Source of the DNA: an uncultured Bacilli bacterium | GTDB taxonomy: Bacteria > Bacillota_I > Bacilli_A > RF39 > UBA660 | DNA length: 58,317 bases | Direction of reading: 5' to 3' | Assembly: GCA_947624275.1 (NCBI GenBank) | Contig: CANQJR010000002.1 | Coordinates: 1-58,317 of the forward strand | Shown: one piece after another, positions 22,053-31,676 of the stretch | How the letters are laid out: each line of letters begins with the position of its first letter | How positions within the stretch are numbered: the stretch's first letter is position 1 | Notes under the pieces: generated by a model | Seen by the model: only the letters and a program-made list of their open reading frames with translations | Told to the model about the DNA's origin: nothing | Database searches by the model: none | Made by a program: the position numbers and the translations under genes

Positions 22053-22970
22053 TTATTTCCACAAATCATTTGGATAGATGCCATCATCGACCATCTTTTT
22101 GAGGGAAGCAACGACGTTTTCTTTATCCTCGCGATAAGTAACTCCATACCACTTAGCTGTCGTCGTCAAAACTTTGACATTGGCCGTATTTTCTTCAATG
22201 GCTTCAAATAAGACATCTGGTATTAAAAATTCACACTTTTGATAATCATTTCTATTTTTCTCTAAGAAAACTTTTAACTTCTTTTCAAGAATTGGGAATA
22301 GAGCTGGTGTGAAACCTAATAAATTCATAGATACAGGTGTGTCATCACTAACAGTGAAAGCATCTCTACCATCCAATGGTTTGGCAACGATCTTGCCATC
22401 AATTCGCTCGACACTACTCTCGACGAGATTGGTCAAGTAACCATCTCTTTCTTCACAAACGCCGCGCTTTACCGCTCCGTTTTCCGTTAGAGTGTTGCAG
22501 ACGTTATAACCGACGATGGCAAATTCTTCTTTTTCATGCTTTTCGAGATTATTCAAATAATTGGCAAGGACCATGTAACCATCGCGCCCATAAAAATCAT
22601 CGGCATTGATGACAGCAAAGTTCTCATGGATCACGTCTTTGGCAGCCAAAATGGCATGTCCAGTACCCCAAGGTTTTTCACGATCAGTCATGTCTTGGAA
22701 TTCACTAGGAATATCCGTTATTTTTTGGAAGACGTATTCCACTTTGATGTTCTGTCTCTCGACGCGCTTTCCTATCGTGTTTTTAAATATTTCATAATTT
22801 TCTTCTTTGATGATGAATACGACTTTGTTAAATCCAGCCTTGATGGCATCGTAAATAGAATAGTCAATCAAAAATTCACCATTTGGTCCGACCGGCTCAA
22901 TTTGTTTTAAACCACCAAAACGTGATCCCATACCGGCAGCCATGATCAATAAAGTTAAATCTTTTTTCAT
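22053..22970 (-). CDS. Sugar-phosphate nucleotidyltransferase family protein
   Basis: N-terminal LIMAAGMGSRFGG.K signature of GlmU/RmlA-like NTP transferases. 8 nt downstream of pcrA with its own GGAGG RBS. Confidence 0.7.
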   Translation of the reverse strand: MKKDLTLLIMAAGMGSRFGGLKQIEPVGPNGEFLIDYSIYDAIKAGFNKVVFIIKEENYEIFKNTIGKRVERQNIKVEYVFQKITDIPSEFQDMTDREKPWGTGHAILAAKDVIHENFAVINADDFYGRDGYMVLANYLNNLEKHEKEEFAIVGYNVCNTLTENGAVKRGVCEERDGYLTNLVESSVERIDGKIVAKPLDGRDAFTVSDDTPVSMNLLGFTPALFPILEKKLKVFLEKNRNDYQKCEFLIPDVLFEAIEENTANVKVLTTTAKWYGVTYREDKENVVASLKKMVDDGIYPNDLWK

Positions 22971-22978
22971 AATTCCTC

Positions 22979-25066
22979 CTATATCTTCTTTAAACTTTTA
23001 TGATTTTTCATCAATTTTCTAATTCCATATGGATGTTTAAATGCAATCGTTGCGACCGAATCGGATAAATCAATAATTTTTCCTTGACCGAAGACGTCGT
23101 GATAGACGAAATCGCCAACTGCATAATCGACATCCTCATGGTACATTTCCTCTTTATCAATTTTTTCTTCTGGTTCTTTTTCGACAAAAGCTTTATTGAT
23201 AAATCTTTCGTCGATCTCACTTATGAAACGACTCGTCGGATTAGACTGTTCCTTTCCATAAAGAGTTCGCATGCGACTGTTGACCAAATACAATCTCTTT
23301 TTAGCTCGCGTAATCGCAACGTAACAGAGGCGTCTTTCTTCTTCCAATTCACTGTTGTCCATGAGCGAGTTGATATGGGGGAAAATTCCTTCTTCCAATC
23401 CGACGACAAACACGTTGTCAAACTCCAAACCTTTGACCGAATGTACCGTCATCAGACTGACGCGATTCGGATCATCGCGATAGTCACTGATGTCCGTCAA
23501 CAAGCTGATTTCTAAAAGAAAGTCTTCTAGGGATATGATACCATCCCTTTCCTCGAACGTCTTCGTTATCGTTTTGAACTCTTCCAAGTTCTCCAGTCTG
23601 ATATCCGCTTCTAAAGTGTTCTCATTTTCTAACTCTTGACGAATACCAGTTACATCCAATATTTTATCGACTAACTCCGTCAATGTCAAATCGAGAGAAA
23701 TTCGTTTTAAATCTTCAATCATCTTTTTGAAATCCAATTCTTTACCACTATCAATTGCTTCATACATGCTGACGTTTAAAGAATCCGCTTTTAAATTTAA
23801 ATTGCTCAAACTCTTGAGACCGATTCCTCTTTTGGGAACATTGATAACTCTAGTCAAACTGACGTTGTCCTTCGAATTGTGGATGAGACGGAGATAGGCC
23901 AATAGATCTTTTATTTCTTTACGACTATAAAACCCTGTACCACCGACGATGGTATATGGTATATTCTCTTTTAAAAACTCTTCTTCCAAGACATGGGATT
24001 GAGCATTAGTCCTATAGATAACCGCTATATCTTGATATTCCACACCCTCATCTACTAACTTTTTCACTTCGCGCGTGCAATAGGCAGCTTCATCCTTCTC
24101 ATTAAACGCTTTGAAATAATTGATCTTTTCACCTTCGCCCTTATCAGACCATAGATTTTTATCTTTTCGTTCTTTATTATGTCTGATGACACAATTAGCC
24201 GCTTCCAAAATATTAGAAGTAGATCGATAATTCTGTTCGAGTTTAATCGTTTTAGCGTTTTGATAATCTTTTTCAAAATTTAAAATATTGCGATAATTAG
24301 CTCCTCTAAAACTATAAATAGATTGGTCATTATCGCCAACACAACAGATATTTTTATATTTGGCACTTATCATCTTAGTCAAAATGTATTGAGCTTCATT
24401 AGTATCTTGATATTCATCGATTAAGACATATTTAAACTTCTCTTGATATCTCTCCAAAATATTGATTCTTTCTTTGAACAGTTTGATCGGTAAAATCAAT
24501 AAGTCATCAAAATCGACAGAGTTATTGCGCTTTAACATCTTGTCATAGCGTTTATAAACTTCCCAAACGACTTTTTCTAAATCGCTAATGGCATATTTAC
24601 CGTATTCTTCACAAGATATCATTTCGTTTTTACAACTGCTTATCTTATTTCTAATGGCATTGGGATTATATATTTTGGAATCCAGATTCATCTCTTTCAA
24701 AATTCGCTTTATGACAGTGAGTGAATCATCGCTATCCATGATGATGAAATTAGAATCATAACCCAACTCTTGACAGTTTTCGCGAATTATTCGCACCCCA
24801 AAAGAGTGAAAAGTCGATACCTGACAATTGCGTGATAAATCACCGACTAAGCTATAGAGACGACTACTCATCTCTTTAGCGGCTTTATTGGTAAAAGTAA
24901 TCGCTAAGATGTTATACGGACTAACCTTTTTCTCCTTGATTAAATAAGCTATTTTGGTCGTCAAGACACGCGTTTTACCACTACCTGCTCCCGCCAAAAT
25001 TAAAAGAGGGCCTTCGGTTGTCAACACTGCTTCTCTCTGTTCTTTGTTCAAATCGTTCAAATCCAT
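22979..25066 (-). CDS. pcrA: ATP-dependent DNA helicase PcrA (UvrD family)
   Basis: MDLNDLNKEQREAV..AGAGSGKT (motif I), DEYQDT (motif II) and VHSVKGLEF. pcrA...ligA synteny as in Bacilli. Start trimmed to ATG 25066. Confidence 0.95.
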   Translation of the reverse strand: MDLNDLNKEQREAVLTTEGPLLILAGAGSGKTRVLTTKIAYLIKEKKVSPYNILAITFTNKAAKEMSSRLYSLVGDLSRNCQVSTFHSFGVRIIRENCQELGYDSNFIIMDSDDSLTVIKRILKEMNLDSKIYNPNAIRNKISSCKNEMISCEEYGKYAISDLEKVVWEVYKRYDKMLKRNNSVDFDDLLILPIKLFKERINILERYQEKFKYVLIDEYQDTNEAQYILTKMISAKYKNICCVGDNDQSIYSFRGANYRNILNFEKDYQNAKTIKLEQNYRSTSNILEAANCVIRHNKERKDKNLWSDKGEGEKINYFKAFNEKDEAAYCTREVKKLVDEGVEYQDIAVIYRTNAQSHVLEEEFLKENIPYTIVGGTGFYSRKEIKDLLAYLRLIHNSKDNVSLTRVINVPKRGIGLKSLSNLNLKADSLNVSMYEAIDSGKELDFKKMIEDLKRISLDLTLTELVDKILDVTGIRQELENENTLEADIRLENLEEFKTITKTFEERDGIISLEDFLLEISLLTDISDYRDDPNRVSLMTVHSVKGLEFDNVFVVGLEEGIFPHINSLMDNSELEEERRLCYVAITRAKKRLYLVNSRMRTLYGKEQSNPTSRFISEIDERFINKAFVEKEPEEKIDKEEMYHEDVDYAVGDFVYHDVFGQGKIIDLSDSVATIAFKHPYGIRKLMKNHKSLKKI

Positions 25067-25130
25067 ATGTATCATACCCTTCATATCAATTATACAGTAT
25101 CTCCAAGAGAAATAAAAGAAGAAGTCCAAT

Positions 25131-25156
25131 GAAAAAGAGGAATTATTTTTCCTCTT
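25131..25156 (-). terminator. Rho-independent terminator closing the five-gene orphan operon
   Basis: On the minus strand, an 8-bp stem AAGAGGAA/TTCCTCTT with the 6-nt loop aaataa (which contains the stop codon), followed by TTTC. It overlaps the stop of the 371-aa gene. Confidence 0.6.
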
Positions 25157-26258
25157 CTACTCTAAATATATAACGCCAAACTTCTTTACCATTGACGATG
25201 ACGAAGTATCCCTCTTTGTTACTCTTGGTCTCAAAATAAGCAATTGGAATGCGCAACTCATTTTGGGCATCTAACAACTCTTCAATGCTTTCCACTTCGA
25301 TGATGTTGTGATTGGCAAGATTGATCTTGTTCTTAACGCGCACGATCACTTCATTGTTAGCTGAAAGGATTCTATTCAATTTGTTGATATAACGCGTTTG
25401 GGCTCTTTCGCTCTTCATCACTTTTCTAAATTCTTGAACGAATAACAGAATAGCCGCAATGAACATTAGAACGGCAAAGGCGACAAAACAATAACTGTGT
25501 GCCATAGAACTGCTTTCAGAATAAACAGAATCTTTGACATCTTTCGGATTGTTTGTGGTTATCTTAACAGGATTAGTTGCGAGCGGAATGGTGACGTCCA
25601 TGACTTTCTCCAATTCCACAGTCTTGCCATCACACTCATCGACGATTGCCACGTGCATAGACACTTTTAAATAGGCATCGACGATCAAAGCATAAGTCGT
25701 ACGATATTTGTTCACGAAAGTATTATAAGTGGCATAATCGATCACATAGTCTTTTTCTAATGAATAATTATCACTAGCAATCACTTTACCAGTCATCGTA
25801 TTTTCCAACTGATAAGACCTAGTCAATAATCGTTCCCCTTGACGATGATTGATATCTTGGTCATTGATGACCAAATCAGCAACCGTAAAATATTTGTACT
25901 GATAATCGCCTAGTTGTTCTGTTTTAAAATTATACTTATAGTGGATATTTATCTTATCAATAATAGTCGTCGGATACAATTGATTCATACCGAGAGTATT
26001 TGATTGATAAAAATTATTTTTGCGAACGGTCACATCATAGGTGACTGAACTGTTCTCTTCATAATCAATGATGCTTTTCCTACTATCAACTTGAATATTG
26101 GTGGCCATCACCAACAAAGATATGGCACCGATGAATAATAAACAGATGAGAAAGGCATTAAAAACCATATGTCCCTTGATATCCAATTTAGTTTTAAAAA
26201 AGGTATCACTATTAAATTTTTCTTTTTTAGGTGTAACTTTTTTCTTTTTCATAAGCAC
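25143..26258 (-). CDS. Two-TM membrane protein with a large extracytoplasmic beta-rich domain and a roughly 95-aa cytoplasmic tail (possibly DUF5305-like)
   Basis: Basic N-terminus, TM1 (FNAFLICLLFIGAISLLVMA), about 200 aa outside, TM2 (CFVAFAVLMFIAAILLFV), then a charged C-terminal domain. The family assignment is from memory only. Confidence 0.5.
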   Translation of the reverse strand: MLMKKKKVTPKKEKFNSDTFFKTKLDIKGHMVFNAFLICLLFIGAISLLVMATNIQVDSRKSIIDYEENSSVTYDVTVRKNNFYQSNTLGMNQLYPTTIIDKINIHYKYNFKTEQLGDYQYKYFTVADLVINDQDINHRQGERLLTRSYQLENTMTGKVIASDNYSLEKDYVIDYATYNTFVNKYRTTYALIVDAYLKVSMHVAIVDECDGKTVELEKVMDVTIPLATNPVKITTNNPKDVKDSVYSESSSMAHSYCFVAFAVLMFIAAILLFVQEFRKVMKSERAQTRYINKLNRILSANNEVIVRVKNKINLANHNIIEVESIEELLDAQNELRIPIAYFETKSNKEGYFVIVNGKEVWRYIFRVEEEK

Positions 26259-26309
26259 CTCACTAGCAAACTATTCTATTATAAACATTATACTATAAAT
26301 TGATTTTTT

Positions 26310-26600
26310 TTAAATACCTATCAAATCAAAGTTGAAGACATCGGCATTGAGTAAAGCGATCATATTCGTATCACATTCTGACAAAGTGTCCTTTAAAGAA
26401 TCGAGACCGTCATAAAAAATATTAGTTTTATATATCAAGATATCTTTCAAATTCGTGATGCCAATCGATAATAAATAATCAATAATAGCGGTAACTCGCG
26501 GTTCGTTCAATTCGATTTCGATTCTATCATCATCATCAAGTCTTTGGGTTATGTCCATGATGTCTTCATCGGTTAAATCATATTTTTTTAAATATTCCAT
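26310..26600 (-). CDS. Hypothetical acidic 96-aa protein
   Basis: The ATG lies 1 nt after the stop of the upstream 620-aa gene. It contains IIDYLLSIGITNLKDIL, the same L-x3-G-[FIL] motif repeated in the upstream protein. Confidence 0.55.
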   Translation of the reverse strand: MEYLKKYDLTDEDIMDITQRLDDDDRIEIELNEPRVTAIIDYLLSIGITNLKDILIYKTNIFYDGLDSLKDTLSECDTNMIALLNADVFNFDLIGI

Positions 26601-26601
26601 A

Positions 26602-28464
26602 TCATTTCACCTTCTTCACCATATCGTCTTTAATGGAGGTGAAATTATCATTGGTCAATTTCATGCCACTGGTAAGACAATACAATAGTGCTCCTTCTCT
26701 TTTTTCAATGCCATTTTCTTTCAATAGGCTATAATTTCGCAAAAATTTAGGTCGAGAGATGACGACGTCACCGACGCGATAAACGTATTCATTATTGGCA
26801 ACACCAAAATCATTTTCCATTGTTTTTACTACTTCATCATCTAAAATGGCTGGATCAAATGACGGAGAAATAGAATTTTCAACAATGGAATTATAAAGAG
26901 AATAATTGGGAATGTTTTGTGATAGGGAAATAAAATTTTCTCTATTGATCTGTTCTGTCTTAGCGCGTCCCTTTTCTGATGCGACACTCGCAATAAATGA
27001 TGATGACAGATTGCCTTCAAAACCTAAATTGTTAGAGAAAATAGTCTCATAATAATCTTGGCTATTCATCATCTGTTTGAAATAAGAAGCGATGGTCAAG
27101 AAGTCATCGTTCAATCGTAACAAAACTGATGGATAGCGATGCGCATAGTTGGTTCGACCATAACTAGAAGAAACATCGCCATGTAATAATCCCAATTCGA
27201 TCAATTGATCACATTTTTCTTCGATGTTAGAAGTCGTCAATGAGGAAATGGGGAATTTGGACAAATCTTGACGATTTTCAAAAAAGCCATATTGTTGTAA
27301 GACTTCATATGAATGTTTTAAATGATAATTTGGTCGACGCAAAATAGACATGTTCTTCTTATCATTGATGGAAGCGTAGAACCCTTTGGAGAGAAGAAAA
27401 CGTTCATTCTCAATAATTTCATCAGCGGATATTTGATGGGCAACAGTTGACAATCGGTGATTTTCTTGAGGCAATAAGATCTTTTTATTGTGGCGTTTAC
27501 GCCTCGATTCTTGCTTGTAATCATTGACAATCCAAGCACTTGGCATCGTGAAGAAACCGCTGTCAAAACTTCCCCTTTTGATCATCCTATTGATCTGTTC
27601 TTCAACGCTTTCCTTATTACCATAAATAGCTATGGTCACTAAAGTCAATTGTTCATCTTTAAAACGTTGTAATAGACTCAAATCCAAGCCATCCAACTTG
27701 GCCTCTTTCAAACTCGTCAAAACTTCACGGATGTTGTCGATATCAGCATTATTCATTATTTCATTCGCATTGCTTTTAATGATTTTTTCAACATAAGGGT
27801 CATCCGTAAACTCCTTGAAAACAGCTAAGACATTTTCAATGGAAACTTTTTCTCTCTTTTGTACATTGTCGTTGTATGAATTAAATTTTATCAATACCTC
27901 TTTCTTAGTATCATTGGGTATCTTGGGACTGGTGATGATCGTTCTATAGATCAAATTCAAATCCTCATCATCCAAGGCGCTTTTCCCCGCCTTTATTTTC
28001 CCAATTAGATCATCATAAGAAATGATGTCATCCTGTAACTGTTCCATTCTTTTCTGTTGGGCAAAATTATTCTGATCAACACTTTCGAGAGTTCGCCCAA
28101 TGCGCTCGTCGACAGTGACCAATTTCGTCAACAAGTCATTGACAAAATCTCTTTGTTCTTGCGTCAAATCAGTAGCTAATCCATCGTGTTTACCCTTTAA
28201 GACTAGATAGATGTGCGATAATTTCTTTTCATAAGCCTTTAAATCAAAATCGTCTAAATTATCTTTCAAGATATTGCCAAGTTGTTCAATTTCTGCATAG
28301 AGAAGATCATCGATATCTCTTCTCAAACTGTCTATTGTATCCTCGACAGTTACTCGATATTGTTTCAATTGTTGAATATAATTTTGATTATCACGCGCAT
28401 CATAATCATTGTACTCTTTATTCAAACGCTTTAATTGTGATTGTAATATTTCGATTAGAGTCAT
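26602..28464 (-). CDS. Hypothetical 620-aa helical protein with three exact 32-residue repeats
   Basis: GGGGTGG RBS before ATG 28464, which lies 1 nt after the stop of the 65-aa gene. N-terminal coiled-coil-like acidic region. Gly of FLLSKGF, VLQQYGF and LIELGL falls at ORF-track residues 369, 401 and 433. Confidence 0.6.
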   Translation of the reverse strand: MTLIEILQSQLKRLNKEYNDYDARDNQNYIQQLKQYRVTVEDTIDSLRRDIDDLLYAEIEQLGNILKDNLDDFDLKAYEKKLSHIYLVLKGKHDGLATDLTQEQRDFVNDLLTKLVTVDERIGRTLESVDQNNFAQQKRMEQLQDDIISYDDLIGKIKAGKSALDDEDLNLIYRTIITSPKIPNDTKKEVLIKFNSYNDNVQKREKVSIENVLAVFKEFTDDPYVEKIIKSNANEIMNNADIDNIREVLTSLKEAKLDGLDLSLLQRFKDEQLTLVTIAIYGNKESVEEQINRMIKRGSFDSGFFTMPSAWIVNDYKQESRRKRHNKKILLPQENHRLSTVAHQISADEIIENERFLLSKGFYASINDKKNMSILRRPNYHLKHSYEVLQQYGFFENRQDLSKFPISSLTTSNIEEKCDQLIELGLLHGDVSSSYGRTNYAHRYPSVLLRLNDDFLTIASYFKQMMNSQDYYETIFSNNLGFEGNLSSSFIASVASEKGRAKTEQINRENFISLSQNIPNYSLYNSIVENSISPSFDPAILDDEVVKTMENDFGVANNEYVYRVGDVVISRPKFLRNYSLLKENGIEKREGALLYCLTSGMKLTNDNFTSIKDDMVKKVK

Positions 28465-28465
28465 C

Positions 28466-28663
28466 TTACCACCCCAATAATAAATCATATGTTTTTAGAT
28501 ATAATGAAAAATCTTTATCGCGAACACGGAATTTAGCGATGAAATCGTCTAGAGTAATGCCAAGGCAAAAAGCTAATTCTTCGATATCGACATTTTTTTC
28601 TTCGATCATTTTTAAACATTGGTTCTTCATATCGATATATAAAGCATCTAAATCGTTACTCAT
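28466..28663 (-). CDS. Small helix-turn-helix protein (Xre-like, antitoxin-sized)
   Basis: 65 aa. DIEELAFCLGITLDDFIAKF fits an HTH. Its ATG overlaps the upstream stop (ATGA). Confidence 0.55.
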   Translation of the reverse strand: MSNDLDALYIDMKNQCLKMIEEKNVDIEELAFCLGITLDDFIAKFRVRDKDFSLYLKTYDLLLGW

Positions 28664-30042
28664 GATAAAGTCACTCCTTTTTCACTGTTCAAGTTGCTAG
28701 CGAATGACTCAGCGAAAGCGGCACTCGCCGTCAAAACTCGTTCATCATTATTTCTGATATCGCCTAGTCTCTTCTTGATTGAATCATCGTATTTATCAAC
28801 GATGTGCTTAGCATTGTCATAAATCTTCGTAGCACTATCTATGTCAAGCAGTAATATCGTATCATCATTAACTCTGATGTAAGTACAAGCCATTTGCCCA
28901 GATTTTTTACAATAGACATGATAATCCGTTTTCTTGGCCATGCGCACTTTGGCATGTGAAGTTTTATTATCATAATCATAAAAACCGTTTTCCAATTTGT
29001 CCAAAAGCATCTTTACGCGCTTGTTATCATCAGTTTTAAAAGCTGATGTATCAAATAGTGGATTACCATCATCGTCTAAAAAGAACACTACTTTAGAAGG
29101 GGATCCATTCTCCTCACGTTCATCTTTTTCAAGTTCAACCATCGTCTCATCAATTTCACCCATGACATCCCCTAATTCCATCATGTATAGACTGACGTCA
29201 TCATAATTGGGTTTGTCACGTTCAAATTCTTTTTCCAAAGCATCGCGCATCTCTATCAATTCGACGACATAGACTAACATGCGCATATCGAGATAATTGT
29301 AGTCATCGAGATTGAAATCGACATTGTCGCGTCTAGCTTCCTTGATGGCATCGACGATGGCTTTAGCGGCCTTGATCTGTTCTTCATTCTTCCCTTCGAC
29401 ATAGCGATAGTTTTTAGAGATTGTCTCATTCAATTTGTCACTGATTTCTCTATAGTTCGCATAAAGAGTACGAACGTCATCTCTTTTTCCCTCTTCTTCA
29501 CCAATTAAGGAAGCGACATCAACAGAAATTTCCGCTTGATCTACACGTTTTGGACAACGCTTCAAAGTCTCGTTCAACAATACCGCAATCTGTTCTTCAT
29601 CAGACAGTTTACTCTGCGATAATAAGTCATTCATATACACGAAGTCATAATCATCACCCTCGATGAGTGGTTTTACTCTTTCTAACTCATCAACTTGTCG
29701 TTCTCGCAAATTTTCTTGATTTGGCAAGTCATCTAAATAATTATCCAAAGCCTTTGATGACAATATCTTATCAATGGCAATGGATACTTGTTCAATATCA
29801 CTGACACCGTTTTCAACAAAATAATTTATAACTTTGATCTGGTCGGCAATTTCATCATCAATTGTCGATAGAATTGGACGCATTTGTAATAAGTTATCAA
29901 CTGTTGGTCTCTTTTTAAAATCGATTATTGATTGTCCATTATCGATAAAAGATTCACATTTAGAAATAGCTCTTTTTAAACTGCGGGCATAATTTTCTAA
30001 ATAATCTTTAAATTTGGCTATTGCACGTTCATCTATTTCCAC
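28660..30042 (-). CDS. Hypothetical acidic helical protein with a possible RelE/HigB/Gp49-like C-terminal domain
   Basis: Start trimmed to GTG 30042 (GGCGAGGTG RBS), because an extended -10 promoter lies inside the longer ORF. The C-terminal segment VVFFLDDDGNP..RVKMLLDKLENG..HAKVRMAKKTDYHVY..ACTYIRVNDDTILLLDI follows the beta-alpha-beta3 pattern of Gp49/HigB toxins. This is a by-eye comparison only. Confidence 0.55.
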   Translation of the reverse strand: MEIDERAIAKFKDYLENYARSLKRAISKCESFIDNGQSIIDFKKRPTVDNLLQMRPILSTIDDEIADQIKVINYFVENGVSDIEQVSIAIDKILSSKALDNYLDDLPNQENLRERQVDELERVKPLIEGDDYDFVYMNDLLSQSKLSDEEQIAVLLNETLKRCPKRVDQAEISVDVASLIGEEEGKRDDVRTLYANYREISDKLNETISKNYRYVEGKNEEQIKAAKAIVDAIKEARRDNVDFNLDDYNYLDMRMLVYVVELIEMRDALEKEFERDKPNYDDVSLYMMELGDVMGEIDETMVELEKDEREENGSPSKVVFFLDDDGNPLFDTSAFKTDDNKRVKMLLDKLENGFYDYDNKTSHAKVRMAKKTDYHVYCKKSGQMACTYIRVNDDTILLLDIDSATKIYDNAKHIVDKYDDSIKKRLGDIRNNDERVLTASAAFAESFASNLNSEKGVTLS

Positions 30043-30069
30043 AATAAACACCTCGCCTATATTACAAAT

Positions 30070-30078
30070 ATTATACCA
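30070..30078 (-). promoter_or_regulatory. Extended -10 promoter of the orphan operon
   Basis: TGgTATAAT on the minus strand, about 28 nt upstream of GTG 30042. Confidence 0.5.
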
Positions 30079-30160
30079 TATATTTCTTTTCGTCATCGAG
30101 TTTTTTCACCAAAGGATGTCTATTTGCGTATAATACACTGTAATTATTAAGGAGGTAATT

Positions 30161-30756
30161 ATGAAAAAAACAATTATCAATATTGCAGTCATCGCATCAA
30201 TATTTTTAATTTTATGTGCTGCAATCCTCAATTTGAACAAAGGCGATAAAAATAGTGATAAAAATTTGACTAAAGTTAGAGTGGCTGAAGTTGCTCATAG
30301 TCTTTTCTATGCTCCCCAATACGCTGCCATCAACAATGGCTATTTCGAAGAAGAGGGACTGGACATAGATTTGACTTTGGCAAGTGGTGCTGATAAAGTT
30401 ACGGCGGCCGTTTTATCAGGCGATGTCGACATCGGTTTTTGTGGTAGTGAAGCAACCATCTACATCTATAATGGTGGCGAAGAAGACTATTTGAAAACTT
30501 TTGCCCAACTCACTCAAAAAGATGGCAGTTTCATCGTGGCAAGAGAAAAACAAGATAACTTCACGCTTCATGATTTGCGAGGAAAATATATCATCGGTGG
30601 ACGAGAAGGTGGTATGCCTGAAATGACATTGGAATGGATATTACGCGAAAATGGCATCGATCCCCAAAAAGATGTGACCATTGATACTAGTATCAGTTTC
30701 GCAGCTATGAGTGGTTCATTCATATCAGGAATAGGTGACTACGTATCATTATTTGA
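30161..30756 (+). pseudogene. NMT1/SsuA-type ABC substrate-binding lipoprotein, N-terminal part (interrupted by island 1)
   Basis: Signal/anchor peptide, then VRVAEVAHSLFYAPQYAAINNGYFEEEGLD...GDYVSLF. After 30756 the frame runs into island sequence (DINAAKRKH*). Confidence 0.85.
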
Positions 30757-30806
30757 TATTAATGCAGCAAAAAGAAAGCACTGAGCATAAAAAAAGATGA
30801 ATCGCT

Positions 30807-31559
30807 TCATCTATCCACTATTTTTCTAATGGCTGAAATTTGAAAATCTGTATTTTTGATAAAACTCTTACAATAATCACATTTGTTACCATGTAGTGCG
30901 GCTCCACAATTAGGACAATTAGTCAATTCTTCACGATTGAAATCCTTTCTAAATTCCACTTCAAATCGCTCAATGGTAGGATTTTCTCTATTACCACTAA
31001 TTATATAGCCATCCTTGTTCAAAGTATAACTTATGTAAGAGACGACGATCATAGCTGAAGCCACTTGTTTAGCGACAGTACTATCAACCTCATACAAGAC
31101 GACCTTTTTTCGTTTTATATCATTTATAACTTTTTTCTTACCAATTTTTAAATTGAGAGCTATACCCGTGTGATATTTTTGAAATAACTGTTCAGTACTC
31201 AACAAGCGCATCTCATTATAATCCAAATTGTTATAGGCATTTTCAAAGCGATAAAATATGTCGTATAAATAATCTTTTAATGAATCGATATCCTCGATAT
31301 TAAAGCGATCTAATTCTTTTTGAGATACATCAGTATAAATATTTTTCTTGCCATGAGTCGTATCTATCTCATTGTTCTTTTTAGAATTTTGATTCACGTC
31401 ATTAAAAACGATCGTCGTTTTAAAATATTTTTCTGAATTAGCTCTTCTAATGGAGTCACAGAGAACTTTTATGATCAAGAAAAAAATGATTAGAGGAGCA
31501 AGTGAGATGGCACTATAAATTAAAAAAGTTATCAAAATAGCAATATCCACAGACAACAA
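30807..31559 (-). CDS. Membrane-anchored Tim44-like/SnoaL-fold protein with a C-terminal zinc ribbon (island 1 cargo)
   Basis: N-terminal TM and a CPNCGA...CDYC ribbon near the C-terminus. The central region resembles Tim44-like domain proteins. This assignment is from memory. Confidence 0.45.
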   Translation of the reverse strand: MLSVDIAILITFLIYSAISLAPLIIFFLIIKVLCDSIRRANSEKYFKTTIVFNDVNQNSKKNNEIDTTHGKKNIYTDVSQKELDRFNIEDIDSLKDYLYDIFYRFENAYNNLDYNEMRLLSTEQLFQKYHTGIALNLKIGKKKVINDIKRKKVVLYEVDSTVAKQVASAMIVVSYISYTLNKDGYIISGNRENPTIERFEVEFRKDFNREELTNCPNCGAALHGNKCDYCKSFIKNTDFQISAIRKIVDR

Positions 31560-31676
31560 CCTACTTTCGTATTACAATTATACCAATATTATATCACAAA
31601 TTGAACAATTATTTATTTTATCGAAACTATTCTTTTTTTATTAGTTAAAATATTGTACAATGATATCGGTGATAAT

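Noticed and set aside
25067-25129. N-terminal extension of pcrA (MDFFFYFSWRYCIIDMKGMIH).
   Set aside because: The extension has non-protein-like composition and covers the likely pcrA promoter (TGTATAAT). The conserved helicase N-terminus begins at MDLNDLNKEQ (ATG 25066).
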